Positions 36,643 to 45,128 of a DNA stretch of 53,259 nt are shown one piece after another (the stretch's first letter is position 1; the number at the start of each line of letters is the position of its first letter). The notes under the pieces are model-generated. The model was given only the letters and a program-made list of their open reading frames with translations. It made no database searches and was not told the origin of the DNA. This DNA is from a virus. Lineage: Duplodnaviria > Caudoviricetes. Where the stretch lies: IMG/VR virus record IMGVR_UViG_3300029448_000057, positions 1-53,259 of that record; one strand, 5' to 3'. Both the position numbers and the translations under genes were made by a program.

Positions 36643-36941
36643 ACAGTCCTATTAAATTTAAATCAGGGAACGTGTTTGTATGGGAATCTGTCGTAGATGA
36701 TCATATGGAACAAGCTATGGACGATCCTAGTGAAGTAGCTATCGTTGTTGATAAATATCTAGATAAATTTAAAATGTTTGACCAACAATCTATGTCAGCT
36801 GGTAATGTTGATGGAGCTCACGGTGGTGTTGGTTTATATATTTATAAAATGGAAGACGATGACTGGATCTATATAGCTCATTTTATTTATGAAGTCGAGT
36901 ATCAATGCTTCTTGTTCCGTCATAAAAAAGTTACCGAGTAA
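36639..36941 (+). CDS. Hypothetical early protein
   Basis: RBS GGAGG, ATGA overlap. Confidence 0.65.
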   Translation: MNSPIKFKSGNVFVWESVVDDHMEQAMDDPSEVAIVVDKYLDKFKMFDQQSMSAGNVDGAHGGVGLYIYKMEDDDWIYIAHFIYEVEYQCFLFRHKKVTE

Positions 36942-36972
36942 TGCTAGGAAGGAATGTGATCCAGCTTATACT
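36939..36972 (+). promoter_or_regulatory. Early promoter (family member)
   Basis: TAATGCTAGGAA...GATC 36958...TATACT 36967; same spacing as the 36195 copy. Confidence 0.65.
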
Positions 36973-36998
36973 TATATTTTAACTATTAAGGAGGTTTT

Positions 36999-37547
36999 AT
37001 GAATAATCTAGAAAAATATGTCAACTACGTTCAGCCTGTCGTTCAAGCGGTGGCTGAACATCATATGCCATTTTATCGGCTTCAATACTTTGAACTAAGT
37101 CCTGATGATTTATATATTAATGATAGTGGCTTGGTTGAGTTTATGACTCAAGAAAAATATTTACCTGAAGACTTTAGCGGTAGTATTCCTATGGTTTATG
37201 CTCAGTGGGGTGAAGAATCTGGCTCGTGTATCATCTTAGAAATACCACCTGCCCAACGCTATTTGTTGTCACCTTTATTAACTGATATCTTATCAGGTGC
37301 TTATGCTCGTGAAGCTGGTCAGTTAAAAGAACAGTGGGATAATAATAAAAATCGTGTTACTTACTGTGCTCTAGAGTTCATACATGGTGAACAACACTCG
37401 GGTTATGATCTGAGTGAAGTGTTCCCAGACTTCGTAGGTAAAGGTTGTGGTGTAGGTGCTGGGCATGTTGTTGACTTTGTTAGTAGGAGTCTTGGTTTAA
37501 ATTATTTAGATCTTGAAAACCCTTATCACTACAATAATATGTTTTAA
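36999..37547 (+). CDS. Hypothetical early protein
   Basis: RBS TAAGGAGG; 182 aa. Confidence 0.7.
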   Translation: MNNLEKYVNYVQPVVQAVAEHHMPFYRLQYFELSPDDLYINDSGLVEFMTQEKYLPEDFSGSIPMVYAQWGEESGSCIILEIPPAQRYLLSPLLTDILSGAYAREAGQLKEQWDNNKNRVTYCALEFIHGEQHSGYDLSEVFPDFVGKGCGVGAGHVVDFVSRSLGLNYLDLENPYHYNNMF

Positions 37548-37560
37548 GTGATTACCTATT

Positions 37561-37591
37561 AGGAGCAGGCAGGAATGTCTGCTCCTTTTTT
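37561..37591 (+). terminator. Rho-independent terminator
   Basis: AGGAGCAGGCA-GGAA-TGTCTGCTCCT followed by a T run. Confidence 0.88.
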
Positions 37592-37699
37592 ATTTTTCCA
37601 CATCTTTTACTAATAAGCCAATAACCATAGGACTGGAACGACTGTAATAGATCCTTCTAGTGTGGATATTGGCTATTATATTGGCGACCTATTGACTAG

Positions 37700-38130
37700 G
37701 ACGATGTAATATGGACCATGGTGGGTGGTTCTTGGGGCGTTATACTTAGTGAACATAAAGCATGTGAAAGATAAATGATATATGACTTAGGAATATTCTA
37801 GACCCTATATAAGAACCAGCAATCCACGGACTCAGACACACGACCCAAAAGCTATGAACCATGGACCATGAACTATGGCAGATGATCGCATTGGCTAATA
37901 TTCACATCACATTGTGATCGCACTCGCACACCCCCCAAGATCCATGGACCATGTGATCATGATCGTGTCTCTTGGGAACTTGTACTTGGACCATTGACCA
38001 TCGCACTCGCATCGCATTGTGATCGCACAGTTACGATTGTCAGGGTCGATCGCAGATCGCATCAGAACCTTGGATTATGGACGGTGGTCAGTGGTGCGTG
38101 GTTATTGGAACTTGGACTTGCACTTGATTA
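37700..38130. repeat. Non-coding tract of short 5-7 bp repeats (ATGGACC, TCGCA, GATC, ACTTG)
   Basis: ATGAACC-ATGGACC-ATGAACT at 37854; CATTGTGATCGCAC twice; 8 GATC in 37884-38058; lies between converging terminators. Confidence 0.75.
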
Positions 38131-38136
38131 GGACGG

Positions 38137-38166
38137 AAAAAAGAAGGGGGGGCTTTTGACCCCCCC
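38137..38166 (-). terminator. Rho-independent terminator of leftward gene
   Basis: Minus strand GGGGGGG-TCAAAAG-CCCCCCC-TTCTTTTTT. Confidence 0.85.
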
Positions 38167-38173
38167 GACTTAC

Positions 38174-38365
38174 TTAGGATTGATACTTGATAAATCCGTT
38201 TTTAAGGGCGTAGCTGAAATCAGCTTTTACCCCTAGCTTTTGATCCTTAGCCTTTTGAAAAGTAAGACCAACCCAGGACTTATACATACCTACGTTATGT
38301 TCAGCCCTAACCCTAGCGTAATTATCGCCTAAAACGAGTTTTTTATTAAAATCAATATTTTTCAT
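38174..38365 (-). CDS. Solitary leftward 63 aa protein
   Basis: Has RBS (AGGT), promoter and terminator; similar to the C-half of 35249-35566. Confidence 0.8.
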   Translation of the reverse strand: MKNIDFNKKLVLGDNYARVRAEHNVGMYKSWVGLTFQKAKDQKLGVKADFSYALKNGFIKYQS

Positions 38366-38438
38366 AGTATTACCTATATTAAGGGTGATTATCTTTATTA
38401 AGTTAATAAATACCCTTTTAACTTATTAACTTATATAT

Positions 38439-38467
38439 ATTTTAGTATACTAGTTAATCAAAGTAAA
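38439..38467 (-). promoter_or_regulatory. Sigma70-like promoter for leftward gene
   Basis: Minus strand TTTACT-N17-TAAAAT. Confidence 0.7.
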
Positions 38468-38521
38468 CTATAAATAAAAGAAAATAAATTCTAATATATG
38501 TATATAACTTTTAGTTATATG

Positions 38522-38565
38522 CCCCCCCACCCCCTTTACTTTCGTGGTGCCCACCCACCCGACCC
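38522..38565 (-). other. G-quadruplex-forming sequence
   Basis: Minus strand GGGTCGGGTGGGTGGG plus GGGGGTGGGGGGG. Confidence 0.6.
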
Positions 38566-38672
38566 TTGTTAAGTTTTTGACTCTCATTTACCTATGATTT
38601 TACTTTACCCCCCAACCGCTATATGATAGTTTTCAGAGACAACGACAACAAAAAATTTTTTGCAAAATTTTT

Positions 38673-39047
38673 ATGCCAGCGATAGAGTTATCAGACTATT
38701 ACATTGAATTAATTGGGTTCTTGCTAACTCTCCTTATAGGTTTAGCTATTAAAGACTGGGCAACGAGCTTCGTCAAAGGTGCCATGTTTCGTTTCGGTTC
38801 AAGCTTCAAAGAAGGCGATCGAGTCATATTAGATGGTAACCAAGCCATGATTATAAAGATAGGAATGTCTCAAACAGTGTTTGGTATTTATTCGGATGAC
38901 GGTTATACTTGGCGATACGTACCAAACGAAAAGATCTCTACACTAAAGATCGCCAAGGTCGTGGACCCTGAACTACACGCTGATAGTGTAGAAGAGAAGG
39001 CTAAACGTATAGAGGACTTGTTAGGTAGAAGTAAAAACGAGAGGTAA
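38673..39047 (+). CDS. Truncated MscS-like membrane protein
   Basis: TM helix then SFVKG.......FKEGDRVILDG.....I.IG...T (MscS TM3/beta-domain pattern). Confidence 0.6.
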   Translation: MPAIELSDYYIELIGFLLTLLIGLAIKDWATSFVKGAMFRFGSSFKEGDRVILDGNQAMIIKIGMSQTVFGIYSDDGYTWRYVPNEKISTLKIAKVVDPELHADSVEEKAKRIEDLLGRSKNER

Positions 39048-39050
39048 TAA

Positions 39051-39173
39051 ATGGAATTATTATTAGGTTTAGTATTGGGGGTTATATTAGCTTCCATGGG
39101 CTGGGGTGTATGGTTATCAAAGAGTGACACTAAAACCATCAACAAAGCTAAAAAACTTTTTACTGTGAAATAA
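39051..39173 (+). CDS. 40 aa single-TM peptide, not in track
   Basis: RBS GAGG; MELLLGLVLGVILASMGWGVWLSKSDTKTINKAKKLFTVK*; TAATG coupling. Confidence 0.65.
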   Translation: MELLLGLVLGVILASMGWGVWLSKSDTKTINKAKKLFTVK

Positions 39174-39475
39174 TGCCAAGAAAAAAAGATCCTAAAAAAG
39201 GTACTGGTAAAAAACCTAAAGGATCAAGTAGAAGATTATACACTGATGAAAATCCAAAAGACACAGTCAGGATCAAGTATGCTACACCAGCAGACGCCAG
39301 AGCAACTGTGGCAAAAGTTAAAAAAATTAATAAACCTTTTGCTAGAAAAATTCAAATACTTACCGTCATGGAACAACGAGCCAAAGTCTCTGGTAAAAAA
39401 GAACAAGCAAGTATTGCTAAAAAAGGTAAAGAAGCTATAAGGAGGAAACATGGCAGAAAAATCAACAAAAAGTAG
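39173..39475 (+). CDS. Small basic protein
   Basis: GTGKKPKGS.RRLYTDENPKDTV motif. Confidence 0.75.
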   Translation: MPRKKDPKKGTGKKPKGSSRRLYTDENPKDTVRIKYATPADARATVAKVKKINKPFARKIQILTVMEQRAKVSGKKEQASIAKKGKEAIRRKHGRKINKK

Positions 39476-39932
39476 AACACCCACAGACACTGGTATAGAT
39501 CTAAAAGGTATAGCTTCTTTTTTATTAGGTGACCCTAATGATCCAATGTCATACTTGCGTCTTGGTCCATTTCCCGTGGGTCCATTCCTTAAAAAAGCAG
39601 AAGCTGCACAAAATAAATTCAATAAAGGACAAACTTCACAGAGGGTAGGATCTCAAAGCGGTGATGCTGGTGAAGAGGCTTTTGGTAGTAAATTAATTGA
39701 TGAAGCAAACGAAGACATGGCTGCACTTAGAAGAGAGCTGGGGTTATTAGATGATGCGGAGTTTATGAAAAGTATCCAAGGTCAAACAGAACCAAATAAA
39801 AGACTATTGATGAACTTAAAGTACGGTGATAATCCACCACCTAAAACTGACCCTAACACACCACTAGTTGAAAACCCTGATTTTATAAAAAGACTTCAGG
39901 AGTTAAATGAGCAAAATAGAAGAAAAAAATAA
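39450..39932 (+). CDS. Hypothetical protein
   Basis: RBS AAGGAGG; 160 aa. Confidence 0.65.
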   Translation: MAEKSTKSRTPTDTGIDLKGIASFLLGDPNDPMSYLRLGPFPVGPFLKKAEAAQNKFNKGQTSQRVGSQSGDAGEEAFGSKLIDEANEDMAALRRELGLLDDAEFMKSIQGQTEPNKRLLMNLKYGDNPPPKTDPNTPLVENPDFIKRLQELNEQNRRKK

Positions 39933-41439
39933 TTTAGCTAATTTACCTGAGTCTGTACTAAAAGAACATTTAAAACTTACAGAAAGACTCAAAGAGATTG
40001 ACCGTGTAGAAACGTGTCAAAATGATTTTTTATCTTTTGTTAAATCACAATGGCCATCTTTTATAGAAGGTCCACATCATGTGAAAATGGCTAAAGCGTT
40101 TGATCGTATAGCTGAGGGCAAAGTAAAAAGGTTAATAATCAATATGCCCCCTCGTCATACTAAATCAGAGTTTGCGAGTCATTATTTTCCAGCATATCTC
40201 GTGGGTCGCAATCCCTCACTCAAAATACTCCAAGCGACCCACACTGCAGATCTAGCTGTGAAGTTTGGTAGAAAGATTCGTGACCTTATGATGACGGATG
40301 ATTTTGAGAAAGTTTTTCCTGATGTTTTAATAAACCCTGATTCAAAAGCTGCAGGTAAATGGGAAACACAAGATAAACGTGATAGTAAAAAACGTGGTGA
40401 GTATTATGCAGTAGGAACAGGTGGTGCGTTAGCTGGTCGTGGTGCGGATCTATTTATTATTGATGACCCACACTCAGAGCAAGATGCATTATCAAAAGTT
40501 GCACTAGAAGATACTTACGAGTGGTATACTTCTGGACCAAGACAGCGTTTACAACCTGGAGGTGCCATCGTTATAGTTATGACAAGGTGGAACGTAAACG
40601 ATCTTACTGGTAAATTAATAAAAGATGCAGCTAGAGATCCTAAAGCAGATCAATGGGAAGTTATAGAATTACCTGCTATACTACCTAGCGGTAAACCACT
40701 GTGGGAAAACTACTGGTCACTTGAAGAATTAGAGGGTGTAAAAGCATCACTACAAGGTGGTCCTAAGTGGCACGCACAATATATGCAGAACCCTACGAGT
40801 GAGGAAGGTGCACTTATAAAGCGTGATTGGTGGAAAGAATGGCAAAGTGAAAAACCACCAGAGTGTGAATATATTATACAGAGTTATGATACAGCGTTTT
40901 TGAAAAAAGAGATGGCAGATTACTCAGCTATTACTACGTGGGGAGTTTTTTATCCAGAAGGTCGTATAGGTGAAAGTGATGAGATTTACGACGGTAATGC
41001 TCCACACATTATACTTTTAGATACTATCAAAGGTAGGTACAACTTTCCTGAACTTAAAGCAGTAGCTTTTGAACAGTATGAACACTGGGAACCTGATGTA
41101 GTAATTATTGAGGCTAAAGCAAGTGGGCTACCACTTACTCAAGAGTTGCGTAACATAGGCATACCTGTACAAACTTTTACTCCATCTAGAGGTAATGACA
41201 AAGTTGCTAGGGTGAATGCATGTGCTCCTTTATTTGAATCAGGCATGGTTTGGTACCCAGATAAAAAATGGGCATGGGAAGTTATTGAAGAATGTGCAGC
41301 GTTTCCGTCAGGTGATCATGATGACTTGGTTGACTCAACCACCCAAGCGTTAATGCGTTTTAGGCAAGGTGGCTTTATACAACTGCCGAACGATTATGAA
41401 GAAGAAGTATTATATAGAAAGAAAATGAGTTATTATTAA
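39907..41439 (+). CDS. terL: Terminase large subunit
   Basis: NMPPRHTKS, IIDDP, VMTRW, QYMQNP, SYDTA, IEAKASG, HDDLVDS. Confidence 0.95.
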   Translation: MSKIEEKNNLANLPESVLKEHLKLTERLKEIDRVETCQNDFLSFVKSQWPSFIEGPHHVKMAKAFDRIAEGKVKRLIINMPPRHTKSEFASHYFPAYLVGRNPSLKILQATHTADLAVKFGRKIRDLMMTDDFEKVFPDVLINPDSKAAGKWETQDKRDSKKRGEYYAVGTGGALAGRGADLFIIDDPHSEQDALSKVALEDTYEWYTSGPRQRLQPGGAIVIVMTRWNVNDLTGKLIKDAARDPKADQWEVIELPAILPSGKPLWENYWSLEELEGVKASLQGGPKWHAQYMQNPTSEEGALIKRDWWKEWQSEKPPECEYIIQSYDTAFLKKEMADYSAITTWGVFYPEGRIGESDEIYDGNAPHIILLDTIKGRYNFPELKAVAFEQYEHWEPDVVIIEAKASGLPLTQELRNIGIPVQTFTPSRGNDKVARVNACAPLFESGMVWYPDKKWAWEVIEECAAFPSGDHDDLVDSTTQALMRFRQGGFIQLPNDYEEEVLYRKKMSYY

Positions 41440-41457
41440 TAACCTCAAGTTATAATT

Positions 41458-43857
41458 ATGGCAATAGAAAAGCAAAGATACCCCAAAGGTGGTCAATCAG
41501 CATTAGGTTTAGATGATCCTGCTGAAGAACAACTAACCATAGAACTACCAGAAGACCCTAACATACAAACTGAAGAGACTCAAACTTTTGAACTTGGTCC
41601 TGATGGTAATATGAGGGCGGTTGAAGAAACAAGTGAAACTATAATTACTGATCATGAAGTTAATTTAGCCGAAGTTTTAGATGAAGCAACACTTAAGTCA
41701 ATGGCTTCACAGTTAGTTTCTGATTTTGAAGAAGACAAAGAGTCAAGACAGGAGTGGTTAGATGGATTTACTAAAGGTTTAGACCTACTTGGCATACAAA
41801 CAGAGGATAGAGAAGAACCTTTTCCTGGAGCAGCAGGGGTAACTCACCCACTTTTGTCAGAGGCAACCACACAATTTCAAGCACAAGCCTATAAAGAATT
41901 ACTTCCACCGAGTGGACCAGTATCAACTAGGATAGTTGGTGACGAAAATAGCGAAACTTTAGCACAATCTAAGCGTGTTAAGGAGTTTATGAACTACCAA
42001 ATCACCGAAGTTATGCAAGATTATGATGCAGAGATGGATTCTTTGCTATTTTATCTACCACTTTCTGGTTCTGCTTTCAAAAAAGTCTATTTTAACAGTA
42101 TTTTAGACCGTGCAGCAGCAACTTTTGTAAAAGCAGACGATTTAGTAGTCAGTTATGACACTACTAACCTAGAAACTAGCCCTAGAATTACACACGTAGT
42201 CAATATGACAGGTAATGACATCAGAAAAATGCAATTAAGCGGAGTTTATAGGGATATTGAGATAGGAAAAGCAGGATCTGATGAATATGATGAAGCAAAA
42301 GAGAAAATGGATGACTTGCAAGGTATATCAAGACCAGCAAGTGACTATAATCAGTACACTTTATTAGAATTACACGTTGATTTAGAACTAGAAGGCATTG
42401 ATGAATATGATTTTGCTGTTCCTTACATAGTTACTATATTAGAAGATACTAACGAGATACTAGCTATACGCAGAAACTGGAATAACGGTGACAACATGTT
42501 CAGGAAGAAAGAATATTTTGTACACTATAAGTTCTTGCCAGGATTAGGATTTTATGGCTTTGGTTTAATACACATGATTGGTGGTTTAACTAAGTCAGCT
42601 ACATCTATACTAAGACAGTTAATAGATGCTGGTACATTAAGTAACCTACCAGCTGGTTTCAAAGCACGTGGTATGCGAGTACAAGGCGAAGATGAGCCAT
42701 TGAGACCTGGAGAGTTTAGAGATGTAGATGTTCCAGGAGGAGTGATCAGGGACGCTTTGATGCCTTTACCTTACAAAGAGCCATCTAACGTGCTAGCACA
42801 ATTATTAGGGTTACTTATAGATAGTGGTAGAAGGTTTGCTTCAATAGCTGATATGCAAGTTGGGGACATAGGTAGTCAACAGCTTCCAGTAGGAACTACT
42901 GTAGCTATGTTAGAACGTGGTACTAAAGTAATGTCAGCTATACACAAAAGAATGCACTCTGCACAAAAGAAAGAGTTCCGTTTATTATCTAATATTTTTT
43001 CTAAGTTTTTACCACCAACATACCCTTACGCTATAGAAGGTGGACAACAAGAAATAAAATTATCTGACTTTGATGATCGTATTGATATTATTCCAGTAAG
43101 TGACCCTAATATTTTTAGTATGTCACAAAGGGTAATGTTAGCACAACAACAACTTCAAATGGCAGGTCAAGCACCTCAAATACATAATTTAAGAGAAGCA
43201 TACAAAAGAATGTATGAGGCTTTAGAAGTTAAAAATATAGACGCTATATTACCGCCTATACCAGAAGTTCCACCACGTGATCCTATATCTGAACATCAAG
43301 CATCAATGTTAGGTCAACCTATAAAAGCGTTTGAGTTTCAAAACCATGAAGCATATATAGCAGCACACGTTGCATTTTTACAAAACCCTAACACACAACA
43401 GAATCCTACAGCAGTACAAGCTATAAGTGCTAATATACAAGAACACCAAGCTATGTTGTATAAATTACAGATAGAGCAAGTCTTAGGTCAGCCGTTGCCA
43501 GATATGGGAACACAACCTTTACCGCCTGAAGTAATGAACGAACTAGCCTTAGTAGCTGCACAAGCTACTCAGCAGGTAACTGGTCAACAACAGGCATTAA
43601 TCCAAGCACAGCAAAATGCTCAGGTTAATCCCATAGTTGAACTTGAGAAAGAAAAATTAGCTCAAAAAGATAGAGCTGATACTTTACGAACTCAGGTGGA
43701 TTTAGCTAAAATAGAATCTAGCGAATCTGTTGCTGAAATGAGAATAGCACAGGATCGTGAAGAAGCTCTACTTAAAGCTAGAGAAAATATAACTAAGTCC
43801 TATGCGGATATATTGAAAGATATACGAACAGCGGACACTAACAACAAAGGAGCATAA
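41458..43857 (+). CDS. Portal protein (P22-like with Q-rich barrel)
   Basis: Follows terL; GSAFKKVY, GFYGFGLIH, Q-rich C-terminal helix. Confidence 0.88.
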   Translation: MAIEKQRYPKGGQSALGLDDPAEEQLTIELPEDPNIQTEETQTFELGPDGNMRAVEETSETIITDHEVNLAEVLDEATLKSMASQLVSDFEEDKESRQEWLDGFTKGLDLLGIQTEDREEPFPGAAGVTHPLLSEATTQFQAQAYKELLPPSGPVSTRIVGDENSETLAQSKRVKEFMNYQITEVMQDYDAEMDSLLFYLPLSGSAFKKVYFNSILDRAAATFVKADDLVVSYDTTNLETSPRITHVVNMTGNDIRKMQLSGVYRDIEIGKAGSDEYDEAKEKMDDLQGISRPASDYNQYTLLELHVDLELEGIDEYDFAVPYIVTILEDTNEILAIRRNWNNGDNMFRKKEYFVHYKFLPGLGFYGFGLIHMIGGLTKSATSILRQLIDAGTLSNLPAGFKARGMRVQGEDEPLRPGEFRDVDVPGGVIRDALMPLPYKEPSNVLAQLLGLLIDSGRRFASIADMQVGDIGSQQLPVGTTVAMLERGTKVMSAIHKRMHSAQKKEFRLLSNIFSKFLPPTYPYAIEGGQQEIKLSDFDDRIDIIPVSDPNIFSMSQRVMLAQQQLQMAGQAPQIHNLREAYKRMYEALEVKNIDAILPPIPEVPPRDPISEHQASMLGQPIKAFEFQNHEAYIAAHVAFLQNPNTQQNPTAVQAISANIQEHQAMLYKLQIEQVLGQPLPDMGTQPLPPEVMNELALVAAQATQQVTGQQQALIQAQQNAQVNPIVELEKEKLAQKDRADTLRTQVDLAKIESSESVAEMRIAQDREEALLKARENITKSYADILKDIRTADTNNKGA

Positions 43858-43858
43858 A

Positions 43859-43969
43859 ATGCCTGGAACTATGAGAATGAAGCCTAAAAAGAAAAATGGT
43901 AAAACCATGATGAACAGAGGTGGGGCTGCCAATAAAAAGAAAAAAATGATGAAGAAAAAGAAGAAGTAA
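43859..43969 (+). CDS. 36 aa protamine-like K/M-rich peptide, not in track
   Basis: RBS AAGGAG; MPGTMRMKPKKKNGKTMMNRGGAANKKKKMMKKKKK*. Confidence 0.65.
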   Translation: MPGTMRMKPKKKNGKTMMNRGGAANKKKKMMKKKKK

Positions 43970-43971
43970 CC

Positions 43972-44166
43972 ATGAAAGATACAACTAAATACAAAGAAGT
44001 CACAGGTGTGGCTGCTCCTTCAAGGTTAGATCTTGGTGTTGTGCCAAAAAGATCCCGTGAGATTTTATACGGTAAAGTTTTTGGTATGGGTCAAGAGACT
44101 GTACAGGGTAAGGGTAAAGCCACTCAAGGCACTAAATACAATAAATGTGTTAGTGGTAAGAGATAG
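43972..44166 (+). CDS. Small hypothetical protein
   Basis: 64 aa; GKGKATQG motif. Confidence 0.6.
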   Translation: MKDTTKYKEVTGVAAPSRLDLGVVPKRSREILYGKVFGMGQETVQGKGKATQGTKYNKCVSGKR

Positions 44167-44174
44167 GTTAAACC

Positions 44175-44441
44175 ATGCCGGAATACAAGGGCAGGAAAGT
44201 AACTCTTAATAAACCACGCAGAATTAAAAAAGGCGACCCAGGATATGGTAAAAAAACACGTGAAGTGTTTGTTAAAAACCCTAAAACTGGTAGGGTTAAA
44301 AGAGTTACTTTTGGTGATCCTAAATTAGGAGCACACCCTGGAGACAAAAAACGTAAAAGGTCTTATTGTGCTCGTAGTAGAAGTTTAGGTAGTGATAAAA
44401 CCAAAGCAAACTACTGGTCAAGAAGACAATGGAAATGTTAA
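44175..44441 (+). CDS. Small basic protein
   Basis: VTLNKP...VFVKNPKTG.VK.V.FGDP...RKRSYCAR...YWS. Confidence 0.75.
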   Translation: MPEYKGRKVTLNKPRRIKKGDPGYGKKTREVFVKNPKTGRVKRVTFGDPKLGAHPGDKKRKRSYCARSRSLGSDKTKANYWSRRQWKC

Positions 44442-44444
44442 TTA

Positions 44445-44639
44445 ATGGATCCTATTTATTTCACTGAAAAGTTATTAAGACAGATTAGAGAAAGGACAGC
44501 CCAGTTAGAAGAAACTCTTTTACATGGTGCTGTACAAGATTGGGAAAGTTATAGACAAATTGTTGGTGAACTGTCAGGTCTAAGATTCACCGAACAATTA
44601 ATTATAGACCTGCTTGACTCAAAGGAAAAAAATGAGTGA
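44445..44639 (+). CDS. Small helical head-region protein
   Basis: G...DWESYR..VG...GL pattern upstream of groES. Confidence 0.7.
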   Translation: MDPIYFTEKLLRQIRERTAQLEETLLHGAVQDWESYRQIVGELSGLRFTEQLIIDLLDSKEKNE

Positions 44640-45099
44640 ACTAAGTTTTGGTGACGGCACCACAAAAACCGAACCCATCCCAGATGTTAAATTAAATTTT
44701 GACAAAGAACCAGAAGAACCCAAAGAAGTTTATACCCCTGAGGCTGTACAAGAAGATGATTCTTTAATAGATAAACTTCCTAGTCCTACAGGTTATAGAC
44801 TTTTGATATTACCTTTTGTACCTAAAGAAAAAACTAAAGGTGGTATTATTTTAGCTACACAAACTTTAGAAAAGGAAAGACTAGCTACTAATGTTGGTTT
44901 CGTAGTATCATTAGGTCCAGATGCTTACAAAGATGCTCGAAAATTTCCCGAAGGGGCTTGGTGTAAAGCTAAGGATTGGGTAATCTTTGGAAGGTACGCA
45001 GGGGCTAGAATCAAGATTGATGGTGGTGATCTGCGTTTATTAAACGACGATGAAGTTTTAGCAGTTATAGATGATCCAGAGGATATCTTAGTTGGTTAA
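44632..45099 (+). CDS. groES: Co-chaperonin GroES-like
   Basis: P.GYRLLI.P....KTKGGIIL, VVSLGP, V.FGRYAG..I......RLLNDDEVLAV; ATG 44632 after AAGGA. Confidence 0.9.
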   Translation: MSELSFGDGTTKTEPIPDVKLNFDKEPEEPKEVYTPEAVQEDDSLIDKLPSPTGYRLLILPFVPKEKTKGGIILATQTLEKERLATNVGFVVSLGPDAYKDARKFPEGAWCKAKDWVIFGRYAGARIKIDGGDLRLLNDDEVLAVIDDPEDILVG

Positions 45100-45128
45100 T
45101 TTTATCACGCACACAAAAGAGGTGAATC

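Noticed and set aside
37700-38130. CRISPR array
   Set aside because: Repeats are 5-14 bp and irregular, with no constant repeat-spacer period and no cas operon
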